Source of the DNA: Lentisphaerales bacterium
Lineage (GTDB): Bacteria > Verrucomicrobiota > Lentisphaeria > Lentisphaerales > Lentisphaeraceae
Assembly: GCA_022446985.1 (NCBI GenBank)
Contig: JAKVBD010000028.1
Span: forward strand, 1 to 59,446
Reading direction: 5' to 3'
DNA: 59,446 nt
This document shows, piece by piece, positions 47,939 through 57,376 of the stretch. Position 1 is the first letter of the stretch, and every line of letters starts with the position of its first letter. The translations under genes were made by a program, and so were the position numbers. The notes beneath the pieces were generated by a model. It searched no databases. It was not told where the DNA came from and saw only the letters and a list, made by a program, of their open reading frames with translations.

Positions 47939-50900
47939 ATGGTCAGAAAATTTTATGCTTTGAGTTTGGTCGGAATGCTGGGCTTGTTCAGTTTTGCTGC
48001 TGAAAAAATCAAAGTGACTGAATGGGCAAAAGACAAACGCATTGCAGGGCCCGTGGGTATCGATGTTGATGCAAATGGACGTGTCTTTGTCACGAGAACA
48101 ACTCGTAGGAAACAATCCAGTTTGGACCTTAGGCACCGTAAGGTCGATGTCAAAAAAGATCTATCACTACAAACCATTGAAGAAAGAAGAGAGTTTTACA
48201 AAGAGACTTTTACCAAAGAAGCCAATCTAAAGTGGATTCCTGATCGAAATAAAGATGGCTCGCATGATTGGCGCGACCTGACTGTTCAAGAAGATGATGC
48301 CTATGTAATTGTTGATAAAGATGGCGATGGCAAAGGAGAATCTTACCAAAAAATAGATTCTTACCACACAGAAGTCACAGGTATTGCTGGTGATATTTTA
48401 GCGCTTGGTAACAGGGTATTTGTTGCCGCCGAGCCGTCGATTTACATGTACACCGATATTGACGGTGACGACAAGTATGAAACAAGCGAAGAGGTAGTGA
48501 CTGGTTTCTCAGTACATGTCGGTCAGGGTGGTCACAATATGAGCGGTCTGGCTCTTGGACCTGATGGACGCATTTACTGGGCTGTTGCCGATAAAGGTTT
48601 TTCAGTGGTGACCAAAGAAGGCAAGAAATATCATCGTCCAAACAGCGGTGGGGTTTTTCGCTGTGAGCTCGATGGATCAGATGTCGAGTTGTTTGCTACT
48701 GGAGTGCGAAATGCACAGGAGCTGGCATTCGATAAATATGGCAATTTGTTCTCGATGGATAACGATGGTGACTACAAAGGTGAGATGGAAAGATCGCTTT
48801 ACATTACAGAAGGAAGTGAGCACGGCTGGCGTTTAAATTGGCAATGGATGAAGATGCAGGACTTCATGAAAATCAGTGGCCTGACTTACTACAATCCATG
48901 GATGGCCGAAAAGCTTTATCTACCGGATCATGAGACGCACGCTTCCTATATGACTCCGACTATTGGCAACTTTGGCCCCGGGCCTTGTGGTTTTACTGCA
49001 AATCCGGGCACGGCTCTTAGTGAATCTTTTGAAGATTGCTTCTTCATGACCAATAACAAAGCAGAAATTCGCGTTTTTAAGTTTTTGCAAAATGGTGCCT
49101 CGTTTAAGTTTGAAGAACAAGATAAAATGAGCGGTGGTAGTAATAATACCGGCCTGGCGATTGGCGCCGATGGAGCTCTATATACCTCGGCCTGGCATGG
49201 GGCTAATGGTGCAGTTTTCAGATTTGATGTTGAAAAGAATAAGCACAAACTCAGAAAAGAAACTGCGAAAATACTAGCAGCCAGCTTTTCTAAAGAAAGT
49301 TCATCAAGTCTAATCAATTTACTTGGTCATGTAGATCAACGAGTCAGAACAAAAGCTCAGTTCGAATTAGTGGCTCGTGAAAAAGAAGGAGCTTCAGTTT
49401 TTTCAAAAGCTCTAAGTTCTTCAGATCAACTAACTAAACTTCATGCACTTTGGGGAATAGGCCAACTGGCAAGAAAAGACAGCTCTTACAGTCAGCTCTT
49501 AGCTAAGGCATTTGCCGATAAAGATGTTGAGGTGTTGGGGCTTGTTGCAAAATTGGCAGGTGAGTTAAAAGCAGAGAGGTTTAGTAAAGAATTATTGGCC
49601 GGCTTAAACCATGAAAATGTTCGTGTACAATTCTTCTCAGCTATTGCTTTAGGCAATTGTAAAATCAAAGAAAGTGCTGATGCGCTTATCACTTTTGCGG
49701 CCGAGAAGTCATCTGACCCTTACTTACACCACGCTGCGATCATGGGCTTTTCAGGAGCAATGACTCCAACTCAATTGGCGGCGCTTTCAACACATGCAAA
49801 TCGTGAAGTTCGTCTTGCGGCTATCGTAGCTTTGAGGAAATTAGAGTCTCCGGCGGTTAAAGCTTTCTTGAATGATTCAGATGAATTGGTACTTCTTGAA
49901 GCAGCTCGAGCGATTCATGATGATGCCTCAATTCCAGCTGCGATGCAAAATCTTTACTCATTATTGAATCGTCCAGAGTTAAAGAATGAAGCACTTATGC
50001 GTCGTGCGATAAATGCGGCATTTCGAACTGGCAGTCAGGATAGCTTACAGTTTTTAACTCAATATGTGAAAAGCGGTAAAGCTTCTGAAAATCTACGCCG
50101 TACTGCTTTAGCTTCTATCCTTTGGTGGGCTAAGCCTCCTGTACTTTGTGCAGTTGAAGGGCGCTACCGTAAGTTGGCGGAAAGAAATGTAGAGCCTGTT
50201 TTTGCTGCAGTAAATCAGCTTAAAGAGACAATAGCTCAAGACAGGGCTCTTACTGAAGTACTTTTAAATGGCGTAGATATTCATGGTCATGCTCAGTGGT
50301 TGAAAGGCATGGAGTTTAATTTTGTTAAGCAATCTTTATCTGTACAGGATAAACTTCTTGTGGCTATGGGTAAAATAAATAGCCCAGAACTGAAAAAGTA
50401 TGTTCAGCTCGGTTTAAATTCGAAGGACAGTATGGTGCGCTACACGGCTCAGGGCCTTGCTCAAAAAGCAGGGATAGATGTCTTTGATATCGTCGTTTCT
50501 ATTCTCGATGATCCGAAAGGAAATGGCCATGGAAAAGCTCTTGAGCAGCTTATGGATATGAAATCTCCTAAAGCAAAAGCAAAATTCGATGAATTGTTGG
50601 CTCAGTTTAAAGCAGGTAAGATTCCGGCAAAATGGAGTTTAGACATGCAAATCGCAGCTAAAGCTAAAGGGCATGATTCAGAAGTAACAACTGCCATGTT
50701 AGCCAACGGTGGCGATGCGATCATCGGTAAAAAGATTGTTATGGAGCACCCAGCATCGCAGTGTATACGTTGTCACAAAATTGGTAAATCCGGTAGTGAT
50801 CTGGGGCCGGACTTATCTAAGATCGGCTCTAAGTCCGCAGAGTATCTGGTGGATGCCTTACTCAAGCCTAACAAAGATATCGCTCCGGGTTACGGAAATG

Positions 50901-51145
50901 TCTTTATAAAAACTAAGGCTGGTAAAGATATCGCGGGAGTTCTTTTAGAGAAAGGCAAGAAGGAATGGAGTATTAAAGCTGCCAATGGCAGCAAGCAGTC
51001 AATTAAGGTTAATGACATTGCCAGTCATCAGTTGACATCCGTCATGCCACCTATGGGTATGATATTAAAACCAAAAGAAATTCGAGATACTGTTCAATAT
51101 CTCAAGTCTCTTGTGTTAACTAAGAAACGCAAAAAGAAAAAGTAA
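47939..51145 (+). CDS. PVC-type secreted 'membrane-bound dehydrogenase domain + HEAT repeats + C-terminal cytochrome c (CxxCH)' protein, ending in a KKRKKKK tail
   Basis: Signal peptide. N-terminal sugar-dehydrogenase-like beta-propeller segments (GPDGRIYWAVADKG, GVRNAQELAFDKYGNLFSMDNDGD). Multiple HEAT-like repeats. Haem motif CIRCH near the C-terminus. This architecture matches the Pirellula/Verrucomicrobium-type proteins (TIGR02604/TIGR02603-like). Confidence 0.75.
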   Translation: MVRKFYALSLVGMLGLFSFAAEKIKVTEWAKDKRIAGPVGIDVDANGRVFVTRTTRRKQSSLDLRHRKVDVKKDLSLQTIEERREFYKETFTKEANLKWIPDRNKDGSHDWRDLTVQEDDAYVIVDKDGDGKGESYQKIDSYHTEVTGIAGDILALGNRVFVAAEPSIYMYTDIDGDDKYETSEEVVTGFSVHVGQGGHNMSGLALGPDGRIYWAVADKGFSVVTKEGKKYHRPNSGGVFRCELDGSDVELFATGVRNAQELAFDKYGNLFSMDNDGDYKGEMERSLYITEGSEHGWRLNWQWMKMQDFMKISGLTYYNPWMAEKLYLPDHETHASYMTPTIGNFGPGPCGFTANPGTALSESFEDCFFMTNNKAEIRVFKFLQNGASFKFEEQDKMSGGSNNTGLAIGADGALYTSAWHGANGAVFRFDVEKNKHKLRKETAKILAASFSKESSSSLINLLGHVDQRVRTKAQFELVAREKEGASVFSKALSSSDQLTKLHALWGIGQLARKDSSYSQLLAKAFADKDVEVLGLVAKLAGELKAERFSKELLAGLNHENVRVQFFSAIALGNCKIKESADALITFAAEKSSDPYLHHAAIMGFSGAMTPTQLAALSTHANREVRLAAIVALRKLESPAVKAFLNDSDELVLLEAARAIHDDASIPAAMQNLYSLLNRPELKNEALMRRAINAAFRTGSQDSLQFLTQYVKSGKASENLRRTALASILWWAKPPVLCAVEGRYRKLAERNVEPVFAAVNQLKETIAQDRALTEVLLNGVDIHGHAQWLKGMEFNFVKQSLSVQDKLLVAMGKINSPELKKYVQLGLNSKDSMVRYTAQGLAQKAGIDVFDIVVSILDDPKGNGHGKALEQLMDMKSPKAKAKFDELLAQFKAGKIPAKWSLDMQIAAKAKGHDSEVTTAMLANGGDAIIGKKIVMEHPASQCIRCHKIGKSGSDLGPDLSKIGSKSAEYLVDALLKPNKDIAPGYGNVFIKTKAGKDIAGVLLEKGKKEWSIKAANGSKQSIKVNDIASHQLTSVMPPMGMILKPKEIRDTVQYLKSLVLTKKRKKKK

Positions 51146-51242
51146 TCCTGGGAATAAATTTTGCCGAGCTATAGCTCAGCGATCCACAGTCCTAAGATCA
51201 CCGGCAGCTCGCCGGCATACATTAAAAACATAGGAGCCACTT

Positions 51243-53123
51243 TTGAAATATTTAATCGTACTTTTCTTGCTTATCCTGAGTATACAAGCCGCTGATCGTC
51301 CAAACATCGTTTGGGTTGTCAGTGAAGATAACTCAGCCAGTTGGCTAAAGCTTTACAATGAATATGGCGTTAAAATGCCGACCATCGAAAAGCTGGCAGA
51401 AAATGGCCTGGTGTTTAACAATGCTTTCTCTTGTGGTCCGGTTTGTTCAGTGGCAAGAAGTACAATTATTTCCGGATGTTATGGGCCCAGAGTGGGGACC
51501 CAGTATCACCGTCGTCAGCAGCATGCTCTTATGCCACAGGGACTAAAATTGTTCCCTTATTACCTGCGTGAAGCTGGTTACTATACTTCCAATAACTCCA
51601 AGGAAGATTACAATTTTAATCCAAAAGAAAAACAGGGTGTATGGGACGAGTCTTCTGGCAGAGCTTCATACAAAAAACGCAAAGATAGTCAGCCATTTTT
51701 TCACGTTCAGAACTTTGGTACAACTCACGAGAGTTCTCTTCATTTTAAAGATATGAAGAAAGAAACCTCTGAGGATCCTGCAGCTATGAAGGTTGCAGAC
51801 TATCATCCAAATACCGAGACTTTCCGTTACACTTATGCTTACTACAGAGATCAGCATAGAAAAGTAGATCAGCAGATTGGTGATTTCCTCAAAAATCTCG
51901 AAGAGGATGGCCTAATGGATGATACTTTCATCTTTTATTATGGTGATCACGGTGGTGTTCTTCCTCGTGGTAAAGGTTATGCCTACAATAATGGTCTACA
52001 GGTGCCGATGGTGGTTCACGTTCCTAAGAACTGGCAGCATTTAGTTCCGGCTAAACGCGGTACTCGAGTGGATGGTTTTGTACAGTTTATTGATCTTGGC
52101 CCGACAGTTTTAAATTTAGCAGGTATAGAGATTCCAAACGGTTTTGATGGAAAACCTTTCCTTGGTAAGGATGTAAAACTCGAAGAATTAAACAGTCGCG
52201 ACAAGAGTTTTGGTTATGCTGATCGCTTTGATGAAAAGTACGACTTTGTACGTACAGTTCGCAAAGGAAAATATCACTACATGCGCAACTATCAGCGCTT
52301 TAATTTCGACGGTCTATACAATGGTTACAGATACATTCAGTTGGCCTACAAAGAATGGTGGAAGCTTTACAAAGAAGGCAAACTTAATGAGGCTCAAAGT
52401 CAGTTTTTTGAAGTGCGCCCCAATGAGTTACTTTTTGATGTCGAAAAAGATCCAAGTGAAGTGAAAAATCTGGCTGATGATCCGGCATATGCTTCTATCG
52501 TTCAGGAAATGCGTGGCCTATTGCAAAAGCAGGTGAAGTCCCAACCTGATTTAAGTTTTATTCCTGAGCCAGTAATGATAAACGAAGGTATTGACAACTT
52601 CGTAGCTTACGGTCAAAAGAATAAACAGAAGATTCAAAAGTTAGCCCAGATTGCTGATTTGAGTTTAAGAGCTTTCCCTGAAGCTAAAAGTGATATAAAA
52701 CAAGCTTTGAATTCAGATGTAGCTTTAGAAAGATATTGGGGACTGATTGTTTGTAGTAACTTTGGTTCTCAAGCTCAGCCTTTCTTTGTTAGGGCTAAAC
52801 AGCTTGCTGAAAGCGATAAAGATCTTTTGGTTAGAACTCGTGCAGCCGAATTCCTTGGACTTAATGGTGCAGATGATCCTGTTCCAGTTCTTATGGATGT
52901 CCTGGCAAAGACAGATGATGTTAATGTTCAAGGTCTGGTTTTGAACACTGTTGTATTATTGCAAGATGGCAAGTCATCTCACAAATTCGATTTGAAACCT
53001 TTACTTGAGTCCGGTAAATGGAAGAATCATAAACAATTTGATCCAACTGCTCGTCGTCTTTTTTATCTCACTGGAGATGAGCAATTTGCCAAGAAGACTA
53101 AAAAGAGAAAAAAGAAAAAGTAA
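51243..53123 (+). CDS. Secreted sulfatase-family protein with a non-canonical active-site core CSVAR (Pro replaced by Val), a C-terminal helical extension and a KKTKKRKKKK tail
   Basis: Signal peptide. RPNIVWVVSEDNS plus PVCSVARSTIISG, which aligns to the sulfatase signature PVCSPSRAALLTG. 626 aa. Confidence 0.75.
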   Translation: MKYLIVLFLLILSIQAADRPNIVWVVSEDNSASWLKLYNEYGVKMPTIEKLAENGLVFNNAFSCGPVCSVARSTIISGCYGPRVGTQYHRRQQHALMPQGLKLFPYYLREAGYYTSNNSKEDYNFNPKEKQGVWDESSGRASYKKRKDSQPFFHVQNFGTTHESSLHFKDMKKETSEDPAAMKVADYHPNTETFRYTYAYYRDQHRKVDQQIGDFLKNLEEDGLMDDTFIFYYGDHGGVLPRGKGYAYNNGLQVPMVVHVPKNWQHLVPAKRGTRVDGFVQFIDLGPTVLNLAGIEIPNGFDGKPFLGKDVKLEELNSRDKSFGYADRFDEKYDFVRTVRKGKYHYMRNYQRFNFDGLYNGYRYIQLAYKEWWKLYKEGKLNEAQSQFFEVRPNELLFDVEKDPSEVKNLADDPAYASIVQEMRGLLQKQVKSQPDLSFIPEPVMINEGIDNFVAYGQKNKQKIQKLAQIADLSLRAFPEAKSDIKQALNSDVALERYWGLIVCSNFGSQAQPFFVRAKQLAESDKDLLVRTRAAEFLGLNGADDPVPVLMDVLAKTDDVNVQGLVLNTVVLLQDGKSSHKFDLKPLLESGKWKNHKQFDPTARRLFYLTGDEQFAKKTKKRKKKK

Positions 53124-53131
53124 TTTAAGCA

Positions 53132-53286
53132 GGGAGCTCCGCAGGACTCTGCGGACTTAACGCATCATTACTAAATTCCGGCATCGGAGTGCCGAGGTAC
53201 CAGAAGTTTATGGGAATATTAGTTTCTATGGAGCACCGGCGTCCTCGCCGGTTTTAGATTTTTTACCACCGAGACGGTGGAGCTCC
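53132..53286. other. 155-nt GC-rich multi-hairpin element: closing helix GGGAGCT/AGCTCCC encloses four perfect 5-7 bp hairpins. Candidate ncRNA, REP-like element or composite bidirectional terminator
   Basis: Read directly. Hairpins are TCCGCAG-GACT-CTGCGGA, CGGCA-TCGGAG-TGCCG, ACCGGCG-TCCTC-CGCCGGT (followed by TTTTAGATTTTTT) and CCACCG-AGA-CGGTGG. The long-range pair spans 53132-38 and 53280-86. Confidence 0.45.
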
Positions 53287-53310
53287 CAACGTTATCCCAA
53301 TGAAGGTGAT

Positions 53311-54813
53311 TTACTTTTTCTTTTTATTTTTCTTTACCTCTTCGAGATGTTCTGGCTTGAGGTATTTCGTACCAGCATAAAAAGGATAATCCTGCCAAGG
53401 GTCAAGGCCATCAACTCTTGGGTCGCCGGTTTCTTTTTGGCGATTCTCAAGGAGTTTAATTAACTCATCTTTTTTACCGGAGTATTCAGGATCTCCAGCA
53501 AGATTGTTCAATTGCGCGGGATCTTTGCGAATATTGTAAAGCTCCTCTGCTGGAAGTTTCCCAAAGGATAAATTAAAGAATTTAGAGCTTTGGTTTTTAA
53601 GAAGAACTGATTTACTTGGGCCTTTATCAATATCTCCGGCTACTCCCTGGTGGCTGGCTTTAAAGTCCACAGGACCCATTGGCCAACGGTCTGGTGTGTA
53701 ATTGCGGATGTAAACAAAATCATCAGTGTGAATGACACGACGGCCATACGTTTTACCATCTTCTCTGGCCCAAACGTGTCGCTCCAAACCTGAAACAGTG
53801 AATGATCGTTCAGAATCAACTCGACCTTCTTTGTCGGATTTAAAAATATTCACGACGCTTTTACCTGTCATATCTTTTGGAATGGATAAGCCAGCTACTT
53901 CTAAAAAAGTAGGTGCAAAGTCCTCATGATTAATGAAGTCAGAAACTTTACGGCCACCTTTGATTTTGTCACCCCACATCATTGCCAATGGCATGTGAAC
54001 ACCATAATTATAGGCTGTTGCTTTTGCTCGAGGGAAGGGCATGCCATTATCGGAAGTTAAAACGATCAGAGTATTGTTCAACATTTTTTTCTTTTCGAGA
54101 AAATTGATCATCTGAACCAGGTGATTATCCTGCCATTGAATTTCAAAGTAATAATCAGCAATATCATTACGAACTTCTTCACAATCAGGCAAGAAAGAAG
54201 GCACGGTCACTGTTGCAGGATCGATTTTATGTTCTTTACCAATTCCATATTTATAAGACCTGTGTGGCTCAGAAGCTCCAAACCAGAAGAAGAATGGTTT
54301 ATTTGGATCTTTTTCATTTACAAATTTTTCAAAAGAAGCAGCATAGTTGACCGGCTTGATGCCCTTTGGGACTGTCATTTTTACATTGACTTGTTTGCCA
54401 TAAATGTTCTGCCAGCAGTAATCGAAACTCTGGTTCGCAGGGCTATAGCCTTTGCCGGTTATACCTATTTCGTAGCCTGCATCTTGTAATAGTTTGGTAA
54501 AGATAGGGAATTTCTTTTTCAGCTTTCCGAAAAGAAGGCCGCCTTCTTCCAGCCTCCAGAAACTTTGACCGGTTAAAATGCTGGCTCTCGATGGTGCACA
54601 GGAAGGGCAATTGGTGAATCCATTTTCAAAATAGATACCGTTTTCAGCAACACGATCAAACCCCGGAGTTTTGACGACTTTATCACCAGCAAAAGAGGTG
54701 TGTTTCCAACTTTGATCATCGGTGATACAAAATAAAATATTTGGGCGATCATCAGCTTTGAGACCACAAATTAAAAGTAAAAGAAAAAACAACACATACT
54801 TCATGCAAAACAT
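53311..54813 (-). CDS. Secreted sulfatase with canonical CAPSR formylglycine motif, ending in a KKNKKKK tail
   Basis: Signal peptide. RPNILFCITDDQSW. Signature NCPSCAPSRASILTGQ. 500 aa. Confidence 0.85.
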   Translation of the reverse strand: MFCMKYVLFFLLLLICGLKADDRPNILFCITDDQSWKHTSFAGDKVVKTPGFDRVAENGIYFENGFTNCPSCAPSRASILTGQSFWRLEEGGLLFGKLKKKFPIFTKLLQDAGYEIGITGKGYSPANQSFDYCWQNIYGKQVNVKMTVPKGIKPVNYAASFEKFVNEKDPNKPFFFWFGASEPHRSYKYGIGKEHKIDPATVTVPSFLPDCEEVRNDIADYYFEIQWQDNHLVQMINFLEKKKMLNNTLIVLTSDNGMPFPRAKATAYNYGVHMPLAMMWGDKIKGGRKVSDFINHEDFAPTFLEVAGLSIPKDMTGKSVVNIFKSDKEGRVDSERSFTVSGLERHVWAREDGKTYGRRVIHTDDFVYIRNYTPDRWPMGPVDFKASHQGVAGDIDKGPSKSVLLKNQSSKFFNLSFGKLPAEELYNIRKDPAQLNNLAGDPEYSGKKDELIKLLENRQKETGDPRVDGLDPWQDYPFYAGTKYLKPEHLEEVKKNKKKK

Positions 54814-55758
54814 CCTTTATTGAATTATTTAACATGAATAATAACCCCAAAGATGATGAAAAGTGACTCAGTTTAGTGAAAAAAGATTAAAAAAAAATTA
54901 GTTTTGCAGACTTTTAGTGCTGACGATAACATGACCATCAAAATAAGCCCTTGTTCTGTAGGGGCCTCCACCTTTGAAACCATGTCTGGGAGTGGGGGAC
55001 ATATTACCGTTCCACGTTGAGGAATTCCCTGTCAGTATGACATCGTTTTCAATAATGCTATTTTCTTCAGAAGGCTCTTCAATAGCAGTAACAGACATCG
55101 GTGCTCTGGCTGGATCACCATTATATTCTGGGTAGCCGAAATAACGGTCTCCATCTGAATTATTTCCAGTTGCTCTGAATTGCACAGTTTGTCGGGCAGT
55201 GGATCCAGAAATAGAAGAACCATAAAACTGCGCTTTACTGCAGTATCGGTTCCAATCGACTTAGTTCAAAAAGAGAACCTGAACTTTTTCCCTGACAGGT
55301 TTGGGAATTCCAATAAACTCATGACCAACAAAGAGTTCAATGCTTTACTCTCAAAGCTCTTAACCCATAAAGATGTTTACAAGCTCTTTGACTCAAGCGA
55401 ACTTGCTGTCTCGGGAAAAACTTTTGTTACCCGCAACTGTGAGGAGCTGTTTTTACCAGAAAGCTACAGTCCAATTCGAGAAACATCGACAAATAACAAT
55501 CTGTCTATTAGTTCTAAATCATACGATTCTTTTTCAGAAAAGTTATTTTATGCGCATAGCTGATTTTTTACAGTCAACTCCTTGATGGACTTTCCGGTTT
55601 TCGCTTCCTTTTTTCCTTTTTTTGATTTTAGAATCAAGATTGCTATTTTTTGATGGCTTACTTGATAGCAATACGGCTCAAACTGACCGTTTTTAGGCAC
55701 GAGGTTATAAGGCGCTTTTTGAAAAGAACCTTGCTCAATCTTGAATTTTATGCTTGTA

Positions 55759-57114
55759 TCAGTCTATCACCCAGGGTATAAGTGATTTTTGCCATATATC
55801 GAGTAATTTCAGTTCAGCCATTTTCCATTTTGAAACTCTTAATTTTAGAGACCTTGCTCCTCCGACAATTTTTCCTGCCAGATCAAAGAGTTTTCTTCTA
55901 ATGGTATTTGGATAGGTATTGTACGGAAAGCAGGCAATATTTCTTTTGAAAATCTGAAACAGATTAAAGGCTATGATTGAAAGAGTATACCAGAATGCAT
56001 TGGCGCAATAATCGAGACAAGGCATCTTCTCATCGGAGAATTCTTTAGCTGCTCTATGAGTAAGCTCATCTAATCCACGAGAATGATCGTAGTTTATGAC
56101 GTCTTGATCAGAGTATTGTTCTTTGCCAAGATTTGTTAAAATTATCCGTGAGTCCAATCCCAAAAGAGCTTCGCCATCTTCCTTAGTTGCGCGTAGAAAT
56201 AAGGCTCGGTATTTCATATCGGCATCCCAGTCCGCCCGGCGTTCTTCGAATCGGTAGTAATGCCAACAGCTGTCATTGTTTGCATAGATACCATCAAAGT
56301 CATGGAGAGCTTTTTCTTCGAGATGTTTATGATCTGAGTAACGTTTTCCAGCACAAACAAAATGGATTGATAGATCTTCACATACTTTAAATATTTTTTG
56401 GTCGTAATAGCCACTGTCCATGCGAACAATGATGGGAATATCTTCTCCAAGAGCTTCGCGGATAAGGGGAACAGCCTCTTTGAGCATTGAGATGGCAACA
56501 TCATCATGATTTGTTGAGTAATCACCTCTTTGAAAAACGGTATCTACATAAAGCCCTTCCCAAATTAAATTGATTGGATGATAGCCTTTCTTTTTCTTGT
56601 AAGTGGGTTTTACTCCACCACGACATTTGGCATCGTCATTAACGTAAACACAGGAATCAAGAAAAAGGATCACTTGTGAAGGCTTAGAAGCTTTAAGCGC
56701 ACTTAGAAAAATCCGGCGAATAAGCGGTCGAAGTAAGTTAATTTCGTAGGGTGTCACTTTATCAAGAAGTCTTTGGAGCTGAGCCGTATTGAGAGTTTCT
56801 TTACAACCGTGGAGCTTTTGCCAGGCTTCATTATCTTTCAACTTATCGAAACCGTTGAGATGTTGAAATGTGCCATCGGCAAAGAAAAGTAATAACTGAA
56901 AAAAGGCATCACTCAGTGGGATACCTTTACTTGATTTGCGTAAGTGAGAAAGGATATATTCAAGTTCATCTGCCAATCTGCTGCCATGAAGAAAATTTAC
57001 ATACGGAGCTAAACCGGCACGAGAACTTAAACATTCATTCGTGGTATCTAGACTTTTGATTTTTCTACGACAATCTTTACGAGAAGTTCTGGGCTTTTTC
57101 TTTTTCTTTGGCAA
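55759..57114 (-). mobile_element. DDE transposase gene, IS1380-family-like (451 aa). Element boundaries not resolved
   Basis: Basic N-terminus MPKKKKKPRTSRK. Conserved-looking SSRAGLAPYVNFL segment and a DDE-type core (..VRMDSGYY.., ..LDSRII..). 12-bp inverted repeats TTAACTCAAATC/GATTTGAGTTAA at 57162 and 57217, upstream of the gene. Family call is by memory of the IS1380 architecture only. Confidence 0.55.
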
Positions 57115-57376
57115 TTTAAACCTCGGGGGTTTTTGTTTAAGTTTATTCTGATTGAAACAACTTAACTCAAATCCCGAATTTCATCTATTAGGTGAAGCAT
57201 TTTAGCTCAAATCGTAGTTCTTAGATTTGAGTTAAAATCTGTTTAATCGTTGTTCTTCTACATATGAAAAATATAAATATTATCAATTGCATCAGCGACT
57301 CTTATAAAAGAGCAATTAGTGATGTTAGATCCCTTCAATAATCTCGATTCAATCACAGGAAAACGAGGATTATAAA

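Noticed and set aside
54898-55185. 95-aa minus-strand ORF ending ...YFDGHVIVSTKSLQN, possibly a remnant of a DUF1559 (prepilin-type, H-X9-DG) protein
   Set aside because: Only a vague resemblance to the C-terminal DG motif region. Spacing between His and DG does not match. No N-terminal prepilin motif found upstream. Not reported as a feature.
55180-55563. 127-aa plus-strand ORF in the gap between the sulfatase and transposase genes
   Set aside because: No RBS or recognisable domain. Lies in a region that looks like degraded sequence next to an IS. Kept out of the feature list.
55600-57250. Precise IS element boundaries / terminal inverted repeats for the IS1380-like transposase
   Set aside because: Reverse-complement comparison of the two flanks by eye found only short (9-12 bp) local inverted repeats, not matching terminal IRs. 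Boundaries left unassigned.
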